A stretch of 64,000 bases of DNA from Octopus vulgaris (taxonomy: Eukaryota). The position numbers and the translations under genes were made by a program. The notes beneath the pieces are model-generated. The model saw only the letters and a program-made list of their open reading frames with translations. It had not been told where the DNA came from and made no database searches. Positions within the stretch are counted from its first letter, which is position 1. Every line of letters begins with the position of its first letter. This document shows positions 36,255 through 50,412 of the stretch, piece by piece. The stretch spans positions 13,950,001 to 14,014,000 of the forward strand of contig OX597840.1 of assembly GCA_951406725.2 (NCBI GenBank), given 5' to 3'.

Positions 36255-37145
36255 AGTTTTTGTTAAGCCTCGGGTCAGTCCTGATCGACCAGACCTGTAA
36301 TCAAACAGATCCTCTTCGTGACTAAAAAATCATTTTATTTCTGTTTTTTTTCTCTTTTTAATTTTTTTAGTATATCACTGATTTACTCTACTCTATATGT
36401 TCTGTGCCACTTTCAGGATAGCAAGGTTTTATTTGAAGGAGATTTGCCTATTATTTCTAGCAATATGGGTTAGTTCGTATTACTATTTAACTCCTGGTCA
36501 TGTGAACAGACCTGTACTCAAATATCATTCCACCTATAACCATCTTGATTTCTTAATCATCTCTGAGACTACACTGTCTGATGTAGCCTTCACTTTTCAT
36601 GTTGGTAAGGTGTTATTTGATGGAGATTTGGTTGCTATTACTAGCATGTTGAGTGACTGCATAAAGGCTGCCTTTGTTATTGTTGCTTAATTGTAAGTTG
36701 ACCCTGATGAAGCAGATCTTAGAACAAAGACATTCCAGCTTTGATCATCTTGTCTTAAGTTTATCAAGGACTTGCATTAGCAAACCTATCCTCCCTATTT
36801 TCCAAGACATTTAGGATTGAATGAGATTTGGCTGCTGTTTCTTGCAGTTTAAGAGAACATATGCTAATGTTTTTAATTAGCCCCTGGTCAGTGTTGATGC
36901 AGCAAATCTATTATTAAAGGCATTCAGTAGTGACCGTACCATATTTTTGCAGGATTAGTGTATCTAGGACAATATTAATTAATGTATCTCTCTTTTAAAT
37001 AATGTAGTGTGTTATTTGAAGGAGATATAGCTGCTATATCTAGCAAGTTGAGTGATGATGTAGAGCCTCATGTTATTGTTGTTGTTTAGTCTCAGATCTG
37101 ACCTGGGTGATCAAAGATCAAAGGCTTTACATTCACGACCACTCC
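36255..37145. repeat. Degenerate tandem array of a ~200-bp unit (~4.5 copies)
   Basis: (TTATTTGA)..GAGATTTG..TGCTATT.CTAGCA at ~36430, 36614, 36820 and 37012; CCTGATC..GCAGA.CT..ATCAAAG motif at ~36280, 36700, 36895 and 37100. Confidence 0.6.
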
Positions 37146-37733
37146 ATCGTTTTTTAGTCACATTCAATAATTTTCTCTGTAATTCAACGCATCTTTTAGT
37201 TTGTGTTGTTGTTGTTGTTGTTGTTGTAGTCAGAACGAAAGGCAGTTTCTGACTGGTTGGTAAGTTACATACTGATGAATTTGTAAAAGTAAAGATTCGT
37301 TAATTTTCTCCACACAGATATGCCCCTACCTCTTAAAGTCTTATGCACTGATAATTTCTCCCATTTTATTGAAAAAGTCCCCTTCTTCACTTCAAGAGGC
37401 TCCCTCGGTGATTTAATTAGATCTTGTCAAAAAAGGCAACTTTTTGTGTGTGTGTTCATCGGAGGACAGTTACACTGTGTCTTGTGCTCTTGGTCAAAGC
37501 ACTTAGACTCCCACAAGTTTGCTTGGATGCAATTTGGGATCCCCAGTGAGATCTAAGTCCATTTACTTATGCTCTTGACTCAGATACAGTCAAGATTAAC
37601 TTTGTCTTTCCTCCCTCTGGGGTTGATAATAAAGTACCAGTTAAGTACTGGGATCAGTGTAATCAACTAAGACCCTCCACTCAAAATTGCTGGCTTGGTT
37701 TTGTGTCTAAATAAGGAACCATTATTATTATTA

Positions 37734-37792
<59 letters not shown>

Positions 37793-37989
37793 ATTATCAT
37801 CATTATTACTTGTAAGCTGTTCCAAGTCTCACCCAGAAACTTCAAGTAACACCAAGTTTGACATTTTACTATGGGTGTTATTTATGATCCGCAATGATAC
37901 AAAGTAGGGGAAAGAGACCAGAATCTGAGAAGTGAGGTTCTGTTAAATTTGTAATCTTTCAGTTTTAAAAGAGTTTTACAAGAATCCCC

Positions 37990-39940
37990 TTACTGACAGT
38001 GTCCCTGTACATGGCTTGCACAGCTCTTACTAACCATTCATCTATCCCTAGTCTCCTCATTGACCACCAGATAAGGGATCGGGGGACCCTGTCAAAGGCT
38101 TTCTCCATGTCAACAAAAGCCAGGTACAGAGGTTTATCTTTGGCTAGGTATTTCTCCTGCAGCTGTCTCACCAGAAATATGGCATCAGTGGTGCTTTTCC
38201 CTGGCACGAACCCAAACTGCATCTCATCTAAACTGACTCTCTCTCTAATTAGTTGGGCTATGACCCTCTCCTTGACCTTCATTATCTGATCCAACAACTT
38301 GATACTTCTGTAATTATTTGTATCTAAAACATCACCTTTACCTTTGTAGCAGTTGACTATTATGCTGCTACACCAGTCATTGGGAATGACTCCTTCGTGT
38401 ATCACCTGGTTAACTATCCTGGTGACTAGGCTATAGCCGACACTGCTAGATATTTTGAGCATCTCTGCAGTAATTCCTGATGGGCCGGGGGCTTTCTCTG
38501 TCTTCATACTCTTAATTGCTTTATCTACCAAGGTACTGTCAACTCAGATAGCTGGTCCCTCTGTTGGGTCGACATTCGGCAGACCCTCTTTCTCCCATTC
38601 ATTCTCTTTATTGAGCAACCTTTCATTGTGGCATTTCTGAACCTCTCTCTTTGCGGCCTCATTTAGTGCAAGTGAACCATCATCCATGCAGACACATTTC
38701 TCTCCTATGACATCACGATTCTCCCTCACACACTGTCTTGCAACACAAAATACCTCAAGTCTTTGGTCCTCACAGCGCAGAACATTGGCAAATATTTCTT
38801 ATCTGCTTCCCCTCTGGCTAAATAAACCTGTCTCCTAGCTTCCCTTCTGGCATACTCATACAATTCCCTGCTCCCACTGTTCTTCCAGTCCTTCCAAGCC
38901 TATTACTTTTCTCTAATAGCCCTGTCAACCACATTGTTCCACCACCACGTTACCTTGGGTCGAGATGGGACTTTGCTCCATCCACAGATCTGGTCAGTAG
39001 CCTTCAGCAGGTTGTCTCAGAGAAACCTCCAGTTGTCTTCCACATTATGTGATGCTATATCCCCTTTTATTTCGTCAAAGGCTTCAAGTAATACATCTCT
39101 AAATCTCTGTCCATTCACAGGATCTTTAAGCTTCCAGACCCTTCTCCTCCATGATGGTCGTCTTCTGGGCATCTATTTAGCCCAGATTCTGAAGTCACTA
39201 ACTACTAGTCTATGTTGTGGAGTACATTTCTTTGCCTGGGAAAGCCATCTTTCCCTTTTTTCTGGTGAGGGTGTAGTCAGTTTGGCTAGTGTGTCTGCCA
39301 GAACAGTACGTGACTAGGTGACTGGCAGGTTTCTTGAAGTTAGTATTGCAAACCATAAGATAATTTGCATCGCAGAACTCCAGCAGCCTGGTTTCCTCCT
39401 CATTGCAGGGAACCAAAACCATAACCTCCATGTATGCCATGGAAACCCCCTGCATGTTGTCCAACATTTCCATTGAAGTCACCAGCCACATTCGTCAACA
39501 AAGTAGTTTGCAAGAGAGTGTCCTAAAATCAGTCTTTCTGTCCATCCGGTAACCCTGGCTGAGGGGTATAGGCCAAGATAATGGTTGCTAACCCACGATG
39601 AAGCACTAATCTAATCTTAGGTATTCTGTCGCATACTCTGACTACCTCAATTACCTTATCTACCCATTTCTCCGCAAGAAGTATACCCATGCCCCTGACC
39701 CTGTCAATGTTTCCTGCCTAGAAAATCTTGTACCTGTTACCTTTGCCTGTGAGGAACCTAGCAGAACTTCCTCTCTACCTTACTTCTTGGAGGCAGCACA
39801 AATCTACACGTCTCCTTTCAAACATCTCAACAATCTCACCAGACCTACCTTTCAATGTGCTGGCGTTGAGTGTGCCAACTCTGAGGGTGTGGGCCTGTGA
39901 GACCCTGGGATGGGTGACAGTAGCATCATGTACCTGAAAA
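37990..39940 (-). pseudogene. RTE-clade LINE 5' part: APE endonuclease and N-terminal RT
   Basis: LRVGTLNASTLKGRSGEIVEMFERRRVDLCCLQEVR; KAPGPSGI; YRSIKLL; QFGFVPGKSTTDAIF; FVDMEKAFDRVPR. Confidence 0.93.
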
Positions 39941-40144
39941 GAAAGCTCGCATTTGGCAGAATTCAAAAACAAACAATAGCATTCAACCTGCATACAATAC
40001 ATCATTTTTATGCACTATATGATGACTACTTTACATAGGAGATAAACCCTAAGTAGGGGTGGGGGATGGCGTTAGAAGTGTTCATGGGAGACAACCAAAG
40101 GATGACAGAGGATAGGAAATTCCGGTACAAGTGGAGGGGGTGGG

Positions 40145-40925
40145 AGGGTGCCATTGTCTCATCCCAGGTTCCACAAACCCTACATTTCACTGACACCTTC
40201 ACCCCATATACATATTTTCCCAAGTAGTTTGTCTTCGGCACTTGATCTTGAGCTGCTATAATGAGGCTCTCTGTTTCTTTTTTCAAATGTCCCTTTTTTC
40301 AGCCAAGCCCAGGATTTTCTTCCACATACATCCTCAATGGCTTTCCAAAGCTGACCATGCAATGGTTTCTCTTCCATTTATTAAACATACTCTTTGAATT
40401 TCATTTTTGTCCTTTTCACCTTTTCCAGTCTTGATCACCTGTTCTTTACTCACTACCTTTAAACATTTTTCTTTACTGTTCTATAAATAATCTAGAAGCT
40501 GTTTTCTTTCATCTGCACACACTCTTCCACACCACTTAAACCCCTTCCACTTTGGCCTATCTCTTCAAGTACAACCAGTCAACATCAGCTTTTGAATGAT
40601 GGGCTCCATACATTGTTAACAGCTTCCTAGTTTTTCTATCAAGTTTCTGTATTCTGTCTTTTGTCCAGTCCACCATTCCAGCTCTGCATCTGATAAGTGA
40701 CGCTGCTCTTGAATTAAGTGCTTCAATCGCATTCCTTGAATTCAACCCTCCTCCTCGCCCCTTGTAATTCGCTTCATCTCTTCATGTTTTATTTCATCTG
40801 CTTCCACTATTTCTAAATAATTATACTACTGTCCTTTCTCAACTGTTCTCATTGTTTGCCCATTTGGCATTTCAGTTCCCTGGCTTCTTTCAAATCTTCC
40901 CCATTTCATTATCAATATAGCACAC
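40145..40925 (-). pseudogene. R4/Dong-clade (RLE) non-LTR fragment: post-RT region and zinc knuckle
   Basis: LDRKTRKLLTMYGAHHSKADVDWLYLKR; KPLHGQ; ETESLIIAAQDQ; CRVCGTWDET. Confidence 0.8.
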
Positions 40926-41004
40926 TTTCCAGTCCTGAATAATTATAATAATAATAATAATAATAATAATGATGATGATGAAGATGACGATGATGACGGC
41001 GACG

Positions 41005-41800
41005 GCAGCGGTGAGCTGGCAGAGTCGTTAGCACGCTGGAGGAAACGCTTATCGGTATTTCACCCATTGCTACATTCTGAGTTCCAGTTCCACCGAGTTT
41101 GACCTTGCCTTTCATCCTTTCTGGGTCCATAAATTAGTACCAGTGAAATAAGGGTAGTGAAATAAGGGTAGAGAAGGAAATGTTGTCTTCTAACCAGTTT
41201 GCTGAAAGATGGATGAAAGAGGTGAGAATGGTGTGAGTGAACGGGCCTGCCCTGAGCGTATGCTTGTAGTTGAAGAAAAGGAAAGGGAAAAAAGGCTCCT
41301 GCCCCAAAAGTCAGGGTATCAATGGTTTTTTTATGGGGGCCCTCAAACAACTCCTCCCTATTGACGATTATATACTGTGTTGAATTCTTTTGTTTTGTTT
41401 CATTATGGTAATCTTCTTTACACGCAAAACCCTCACAATAACACACACTCACACATACCCTCATTCTTTGTTTTGTCCTGTACAGTCTATAATGTTTTTT
41501 TTCTAAATGTAATTGACTAGTCCCCTCCCACCAAATTGCAGGCCTTGTGCCTTTAGTAGAAAGGATTATTATTATTACTGATAAGGTGGCAAGCTGGCTG
41601 AATTGTTAGCGTGCTGAGAAAAATACCATGCAGCATTTCATCCATCTTTACTTTCTGAGTTCAAATTCTGCCGAGGTCATCTTTGTCTTTCATCTTTTTT
41701 GAGATCAATAAAATAAGTACCAGTTGAACACTGGGATCAATGTCATCGACTCATCCCCTCCCCCAAAACTGCTGCCCTTGAGGCAAAATTTGAAACCATT
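41005..41800 (+). mobile_element. Family B SINE copies (~41005-41150 and 41583-41800)
   Basis: GAGCTGGCAGA head and GCCTTTCATCC core. Confidence 0.7.
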
Positions 41801-41804
41801 ATCA

Positions 41805-42560
41805 TTATCATTGAAGGCGTCACACAGTAACCAATACTGTGATGCTGTGGATTGAAGATATTGTGTCTACCGGGCATTTGTACTCTCTGTCAAGTCACAA
41901 CAAGGACCTCAGACAGACAGTACTTTATGCAGTATGTGGGCAGTTCCAAGTAAAGCCAATATTTGCCATACACACAAGGTTGTAGGGTATTTCTAAAGCT
42001 TCCAGATGTTTCTACAGGTTGGGTGGTATTGAACCTAATGAAGGCGGTGAGCTGGCAGAATTGTTAGCACGCCGGGCAAAATGCGTAGCTGTATTTCGTC
42101 TGCCGTTATGTTCTGAGTTCAAATTCTGCCGAGGTCGACTTTGCCTTTCATCCTTTCGAGGTCGATAAATTAAGTACCAGTTACGCTCTGGGGGTCGATA
42201 TAATCGACTTAATCCGTTTGTCTGTCCTTGTTCGTCCCCTCTGTGTTTAGCCCCTTGTGGGTAGTAAAGAAATAGGTATTGAACCTAGTGCTCCAATGAG
42301 AACAGAGAGAACCTTTATGTTTGATTCTTGCAGCTGCCACCTCTTAGAGATCCCAGTTCTTGGGTCTCCATATTTATCGATCTTTTCTCTTTCTTTCATG
42401 ATAATATGTTGATACCCCGGCACTGCCACATCGATTATTAGGCACTCTTGTTTGTCCCTCCTAAAAGTTACTATATCCAGCATTCAGTGCTCTAACATCT
42501 TGTCTGTCTGGAAGTCAAAGTCCCAGAGGATATTTGCCTTCCTGTTTTCACCCATTGCCT
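41805..42560 (-). pseudogene. R4/Dong-clade 3' end with restriction-like endonuclease domain
   Basis: [55 protein letters not shown]. Confidence 0.82.
42041..42274 (+). mobile_element. Family B SINE, full length, inserted in the R4/Dong fragment
   Basis: TSD GGTATTGAACCTA(A/G)TG at 42025 and 42275. Confidence 0.9.
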
Positions 42561-42873
42561 TTGTTTGTATGTGTGTGTGAAGTGTATGTATGCATGCATG
42601 TGTGTGTATGTGCATCTGTGTATAGTGTGTGTGTGTATAGTGTGTGTGTGTGTGTGCATATAATCCAAGTTTCTGGTGTGTATGAGAAGTGAATGACAAC
42701 TACCAAAATATATTCTAACTAAAATGACCAAAATGGAGATTAAAAAATGAAGTACATTTTGACAAATCACCAGATGAAACGAATCTTCATCTATGATGAT
42801 GCCCGACAAGTCAAAATGATTGTAGGGAATAATGAAGAGTTGTGGGAATTCCAGTTTCTTTCTCTCATATAAC

Positions 42874-43517
<644 letters not shown>

Positions 43518-43619
43518 CAATCAACATATGTATGCATGTGTATATTAATGTGAGTTGTGTGCATATGTATGAGTGCACGTGTGTATGTGCAGTGTTCGTG
43601 CATATATCTTTTCAATCAA

Positions 43620-44420
43620 AAATATGAAACATTCATAATCCATGAGTTTTGTGAAAATATTCATTTATGCAGGAATCTTGTGATTTAATGCCATCAGATA
43701 TGAAAAAAAAAACGTAAATTTACATTTGTTTACACCCAACATTTAACAATCCACTTCTGTCATGGCTATCTTGTAGATTTTGTAATATTTTCATGATACA
43801 ATTGGTAAATTGCTTCCATATGACATGCTCTGACTTTTAACAATCATCTTGAGCTGCTAGGAAAAGAGATTCCTTGTTTTAAAAAACACTCTTTTTGATT
43901 AAAAAAGCTTTATCTTTGAAATGTTCAGCCATAAATTTTCAGTTGGTTTCAAGTTTAACAATTATGGGGGATGAAATAACTTTGAATTCACAGACAAACC
44001 TTTGATTAATGCCAAGTGAGTTAAGAGGAGCATATAGGAACATTAACAGTTTGGATTGAAATATTTAGGAGATGTTTTTGTTAGAATTTCTTTGTAATAT
44101 TTGTCAGTGATTAATATTTCATTCATAAATAAAATGCTCCAGTCTTGTTTTGTGAAGCATCACCCAATCATTAAATAGAGAATTTGCAGTCCAACATGTT
44201 TGATTGGTTACCACCACCACCACCACCACCACCACCTCCTCCACCACAATTGTACAGAAAATGTGAGGTGAAGTTTCACTTAAATCTTAAATCTGTTCAA
44301 AACCACACAATTTTGTGTGAGCCTGTTGACATGCTTTGCAGCAAGTACAAACATCTTTGTGAGTATTTTGGCAAAAGTCTTCAACTCAGTGTCTGGTAAT
44401 GGACTTGACATTTTTTATGA
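43620..44420 (-). pseudogene. Ancient L1/Tx1-like RT remnant
   Basis: DTELKTFAKILTKMF..LTQNCVVLNR resembles the N(T/A)ELKILAKVLAKRL..Q RT motif; heavily decayed. Confidence 0.4.
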
Positions 44421-44641
44421 CCACTTTTGCTCACGTCCTTCAACCATAGATCTAGGTGTTGATTGCAGGGAGACGATAATGACAGATCCCTGAGGGAAGA
44501 TCATGGGATTTAGTTTAATATGTTATGGAATATATTGAAACAGACGAGTAAATATAGGACAATTCAAGAATTATTTTGGCACCAGAATTCTCATGCTGGT
44601 TAAAACCTTTGCTTCTTGGCAAAGCATTATGCCAGTTGGTA

Positions 44642-45175
44642 CCTTATTTTCCGGTCTATAAAACACATTGGTATTTAAGCCACAAAGCCAAATTTGGGGG
44701 AAAATTTTGGTTTTATCCACACAAAGTGCACCGATGTTTAAAAGATCTATAGAGCTACGGGTCTGCAGCTAGCTCCTTTGTTGTTAACATGTATGTAGTT
44801 TCAAAATGCCTTATTTTACAACTATGAGATGTATTGTTATTGTTATGATTTTATCTTATTATAATCAACAACAAACACATTTCGTCAATATTAAAGTCTT
44901 TATTAGATTAAAAATAATTTTATCAAAACATGAAGGTGAAACAAAACAAAAATATGCTTCGTTTTCTTACAGGCACCAATGTACTGTGGCTGTAGTACAT
45001 TGTTCACCAACAGACCTTTCTTCTGAAAAATTCAGTGGAATCAGTCAGTCTCCATACACAAATTATTTTCCTCCTAAAACTTATAAAAAAGTACACTTAT
45101 TAGGTGCACCTTTCTATAAGTCACTCACTAAATTCCCCAGGTAAAAAATAGCGGCTTATACACTGGAAAATATGG
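44642..45175. mobile_element. pogo/Tc2-like MITE
   Basis: TA|CCTTATTTTCCGGTCTATAA...TTATACACTGGAAAATATGG. Confidence 0.6.
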
Positions 45176-45192
45176 TTTATCCTTCAAGTGAA

Positions 45193-45532
45193 GGCACATG
45201 GCTTAGAGGTTCAGGTATTTAGCTCATGATCATAAGTCCTTGAGTTCAATTCCCTGCGACAACTTGTGTCCTTGAGCAAGACACTGTATTTCACATTGCT
45301 CCAGTCCAGTCAGCTGGCAAAAATGAGCTGTACCAAAGGGACAGCTTTGTCAGACTCTGAGTCACACTGAATCTTCATGAGAACTATGTTAAGGGTACGT
45401 GTGTCTGTGGAGTACTCGGCCACATTAATTAATACATGTTAATTTCATGCACAGGCTGTTTTGTTGATCCGAACAACTAGCACCCTCATCGTTGTAACTG
45501 ATAGAGTGCCAATAATAATAATAATAATAATA
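45193..45532 (+). mobile_element. SINE family D
   Basis: GGCACATGGCTTAG.GG..GAGTTCAATTCC boxes; (AAT)n tail. Confidence 0.8.
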
Positions 45533-46459
45533 ATATATCCTTCAACTTTGAAGCTATTGTCGACATTCTGGGTTGTTTGAAAGTGATAACAATAACAGAA
45601 AGCAGCCTTGGGCTGAATTGAGAATTCTAACCAGGGCCTACCTGGTTAGAACCTAGAACTATGAAACACAGAAGTCTCCTTTCTTATTTACTATATTGCT
45701 TAGCATCATAACTAATCCAGATAAATCAAGTCTGGGAAACACATCAAGTTTAGTACATTGCATAACATCAGCTGCTTAAGAAGTTAAAGGATGGTGTAAT
45801 GTTGCAGATTCAATCAAATATGATTGATTTGAAATAGAAGAAATTTTCTCGGTTTCCTCATTTTCACAGGTTTTGGAGGTTTTAGAAAACATAGACAAGA
45901 TTGATCTTTGTCGTTTCATAGCTTTTTAACTTGAATAATAAAATAAAATTGCATTAAAGAAAAGCAAACAGTTAATAGATATTATTTTGAAAAATAGTGT
46001 GTTCAGGAAATTTTCTTGTAGACTAATCAAAATATCCATTTCAGCTTCGGTATTTCTAAAATGTTTCATGATTTTGATTGGAGAGATAATGTTATAATGC
46101 AGGTTGTGAGGGCAAAATACAATTATGAAAAATCTGATGAACTTCTTACCTTTTTCGATGATAATCAAAGAAAAGTCATCAAATTTTCACTACCAGCCAA
46201 ATGAGATTCTAAGTGAAAATAATCAATTTTTATGTCTCTCATTATATATGTGTATATGTGCATGTTTGTAGGGTGAGTGTGTCTACATTTTCATATATGT
46301 ATGCTTGTGTGTGTGTATGTGTGTGTGCACTTATGTATGTTTATACGTAAATGTAGAATGTTATTTTTGTTTTCAGAACAGTTAGATATTGGGTTCCTTT
46401 TCTCCCCAGAGAAAAGAAACCAAGTATTTAACTGGGTTTTTTTTTATTTAGTTGGTTGA

Positions 46460-46654
46460 AACCGGCTCTGGCTCTGAGTACAATGTCTTGTTTTCATAAG
46501 TTTTGATTTAAAATCTTCCACCAAACCTTGGTCACAATTTATATTCCTAACACTAGTTGAATGATAACTAAGTTATTTTACTAAATTCTTTGTTATATTT
46601 AAAGTAATTGAAAGAAACACAGAGCATCTCAAAATAAATACAGTAATGAAAGGG
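46460..46654. mobile_element. Partial reverse copy of the piggyBac MITE at 21699
   Basis: Reverse-complement match; ends AAAGGG|TTAA. Confidence 0.8.
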
Positions 46655-46834
46655 TTAAGTGACCAGTATTTTTTCGTGGAATGTTAAGGTAGTCAGAATC
46701 TGGTCTAAATGGCACCAGAATGAACAGCAACCCCTACATGTATGTATGTGTGTGTGTGTATACTGACGGACTCAAAAGCAGTATTGATAAAGTGTAAATG
46801 AATGAAGACATAAATATGTATGTGCTTGAGTAGA

Positions 46835-47078
46835 AGACCCACCATGCCAAGTGAAATCGTAGTCGAGGCAGATACTGGCGTCATGCAACTGGTACCTGTG
46901 TTGTCAGCATGTAAAAGCGACCATTACAATTTTGGAGTGGTTGACATTAGGAAGGGCATCCAGTCATAGAAGCCATGCCAAATCAGACTGGAGTCTGGTG
47001 CAGCCCCTCAGCTTACCAGCCCTGGTCAAACCATCCAATCCATCCCAGTGTGGACAACAGACGTTAAATGATGATGAT
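46835..47078 (+). mobile_element. Family C SINE
   Basis: TTAGGAAGGGCATCCAG..CCATCC..(GAT)n. Confidence 0.7.
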
Positions 47079-48262
47079 GTGTATGTTTGTATGTAGGTAG
47101 GCAGGTAGGTACATATGTATTCATGTATTCTTCTGTTGGTGGAGATGGCACAATGAGGGGGCTTTGAATGCATGTTTGACTTTGAGAAGAAAACTTAGAA
47201 AAACTACCTCATCTAAGCAAATGACCTTCTCTAAATGCAGTAGAAACACTATAGCATATTCAGATCACTATTTCAGAAAATTACCATCGTTCTCTTTCAA
47301 CATATAAAAGACAAATTTAGCTGGGGCAAAATGAGTAAGACAAGATAAGGTAAAATTTGCCTCTTCAATTCTCCAGAATTACATTTGAAAAATGGCTTTT
47401 ACACATCAGTATCCATCCTTAGATACCACAAAAATCAGAAATGCTACAAAACATTTTAAATATCTTGGTCAAATGAAAGATGAGGGGGAAATGACATAAT
47501 ATGAAATTAACAAAACTCGACTAAATCAAAATAAACTCAACATATGATATTCTCTCCAGCTTTTTCATGATCTGCTGGAGTGGCTCTCTTCCTGATATGT
47601 TGATGCACCATGCAGTGAAAGAGATGAAATTATTGAAATTAGTCATGACTCATTTTACCCCATCTTAGGCATCATTTTTTGAAAATTGAATATTATCAAA
47701 TTAAACATTAGTTTTGGAAAAAATTGACTTGGAATCCAATGGAGAGAAGAATATTGGTTTCTAAACACCAGAAATTATCCAGGTATTTTATTAGAAACCT
47801 CAATTACAATCAGGTCAAAATTGAGGGAAGATTTCTTGCAAAACAAAAGGTACCTGATACCTGGCTATCTTTTAAACACTCTCAATATCAACTGTGCTGA
47901 CTGATTATTACACCTGGAGATGATGCAATACTTGCAATCTAATAAGTTCAAACAGGTAAAGGAGAAAATAACAAGAAATCAGACATTACTCATTTTGTCC
48001 CACCCCACTATATAAATTTACATTTCATCAGCACTGTTTGTGGTTTTATATTTTATTGTTGTTGTTGTTGCTGATGTCCTTCGTTTTGGCTTTATTTTCC
48101 TTTCATTCAATATCATTTCTTCCTCGATTGTTTCTATGGGAAATTTCTAACCAGTCTCTTTGGTTCCTCTGGTTTATTGATTTAAAATATTTTTTTACGG
48201 AGATGTACTTGCATAGCAAGTGACCTCATCTGAGATGTGCTGAAACAAAAACAATTTCCAGC

Positions 48263-48505
48263 ATGGAAGGTGTTTATAAGCCATTTAAAAACACACACAC
48301 ACAAAAAGAACCCCGCTAGATTCACTTCATTTAAATTTAATTTGTGTCAAAATATTTTCATTGCTTTGAAACCTGACTTGTTCACCACAAAATTTTGTCA
48401 GTGAACAGATCACGGTTTCAGATTTTGACACAAATTAAATTTAAATGTTAAAGTGAATCTAACAGTTTTTTTGTTTGCTTTTAAATGGCTTATAAACATC
48501 TTCCA
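48263..48505. repeat. Imperfect palindrome (~115-bp arms)
   Basis: GGAAGGTGTTTATAAGCCATTTAAAA / TTTTAAATGGCTTATAAACATCTTCC and ATTTAAATTTAATTTGTGTCAAAAT / ATTTTGACACAAATTAAATTTAAAT. Confidence 0.8.
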
Positions 48506-48982
48506 CACTACAATTCTAATTTATTTTTTGTCCTGGTTTAAGAGGAAAAGTTAGTCAGCCTTTAAGAAATGTATAGTGGGAAGACATTTAAAGGTGTTTT
48601 TTATTTTGTAAATCTGAAGGTGCACTGTTGAATAGTATGTGTATGAGTGTGTGAGCAGTGCTGTCTGGTGCCCTCCACCCAGCAAAGAGTCTGCCTAAAA
48701 TTACTCAAAATTTGCAAACTTTAAAAGCTATTAACTTTTTAGTTATTGATTTATGGCAAAAAGGAATTTAATTTTCATAATTAATATACAGAAACTAAAT
48801 CAGTAGGTAAAATATGAAAACAATTGGAGCAAAAGTTTTGAAAAACAGAAAAGATCCTTTCCCTCTGCTTTTCTGATTCAAATCTAATTTTCCTTCTCCA
48901 ATCTACAACAGTTTTATTTTTAAGGTCACAGTTTTATGTGGTTCAAAGTCACTGAGAAAAAAAAAAAAGAGAGAAAGAGAGA

Positions 48983-49147
48983 GGCGCAGGAGTGGCTGTG
49001 TGGTAAGTAGCTTGTTTACCAACCACATGGTTCCGGGTTCAGTCCCACTGCGTGGCATCTTGGGCAAGTGTCTTCTGCTATAGCCCCGGGCCGACCAATG
49101 CCTTGTGAGTGGATTTGGTAGACGGAAACTGAAAGAAGCCTGTCGTA

Positions 49148-49208
<61 letters not shown>

Positions 49209-49425
49209 TTGTGTGTCTGTGTTTGTCCCCCTAGCATTGCTTGACAACCGATGCTGATGTGTTTACGTCCCCGTCACTTAGCGGTTCGGCAAAAGAGACC
49301 GATAGAATAAGTACTGGGCTTACAAAGAATAAGTCCCGGGGTCGATTTGCTCGACTAAAGGTGGTGCTCCAGCATAGCCGCAGTCAAAATTACTGAAACA
49401 AGTAAAAGAGTAAAAGAGTAAAGAG
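48983..49425 (+). mobile_element. SINE family A, young full copy
   Basis: CpG-retaining copy with GTAAAAGA repeat tail. Confidence 0.92.
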
Positions 49426-50189
49426 ATTGTTAATTAACTCCCACAATTTAAACACCTGAGGAGCAATTGCTGTGTAACTTGAATGACTTTTCCCTTCAAA
49501 ACTATCCATTTATCCTGCTGTTCTTGAATGCAATCATTAATTGATCTTTAAACAAGACCTGAGGTGTCTTGGTCAGCTTGTAAATTTTAGAATATACTCA
49601 CCACAACAGACTGATGATTCTAGAAAGAGGCATGGAAGTACTGCTATGAAAAGCTATTAAATGTGGAGAATGGATGAGAGAACAGGGACTCAACTGAAGG
49701 ACCAGTTATTCTATTTAACAGTAGTAAGATACTTAAAACAATTAAGGATATGAAGGCAGAGAAAATCCTTGGCCCATCAGAAATCACTGCTGAGATGTTT
49801 AAAATGTCTGGCAGAGTATGTTTATGGCTTACTCACTCAAGCAATTAACCAGAGTGTGTGTGTGTGTGTCTGTGTCTATACATACACAGAAATTGTATAT
49901 GCTATATGTATGTGTTTGTGTCTCCTTTTCTTGACATTGTATGATAGTTGTAAATGTGTGTCACTGTCATAATGGCAGTATCATTTATATCTAATTCTCT
50001 GCAGAACCATGTCTTTTCTTTGGGGAATTATTATCTTGCTTGCAAACAGGTAAGGGCTAGTGACAGGAAGGACATCTGGCTGTAGAAAATCTACCTCGAT
50101 AAATTCTATCCTAACCACACAAATTTGAAAATCTCTATTATGAAATGAGAATGATGATGGTGATGCTAATTACAATGCGTATACATACA

Positions 50190-50355
50190 GGCGCAGGAGT
50201 GGATGTGTGGTAAGTAGCTTGCTTACCAACCACATGGTTCAGGGTTCAGTTCTGCTGTGTGGAACCTTGGGCAAGTGTCTTCTACTATAGCCTTGGGCCG
50301 ACCAAAGCCTTGGGAGTGGATTTGGTAGACGGAAACTGAAATAAGCCCATTGTAT

Positions 50356-50412
<57 letters not shown>

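Noticed and set aside
37320-37556. Possible host exon after TTTTCTCCACACAG; similar isolated splice-like signals near 12513 and 45869
   Set aside because: No recognisable protein, no matched donor/acceptor pair and no multi-exon consistency
1600-39940. RTE 5' half (37990-39940) and 3' half (1600-2782) as one element split by 35 kb
   Set aside because: The overlapping segment (SLIWW..RAVQA.YR) is clearly diverged between the two, indicating separate copies
47100-47960. Possible L1/Tx1 C-terminal zinc-knuckle remnant (PCSERDEIIE..H)
   Set aside because: Too decayed to support by eye
48983-49055. tRNA genes at SINE heads
   Set aside because: A/B-box-like motifs continue into SINE bodies; no convincing cloverleaf or T-run terminator
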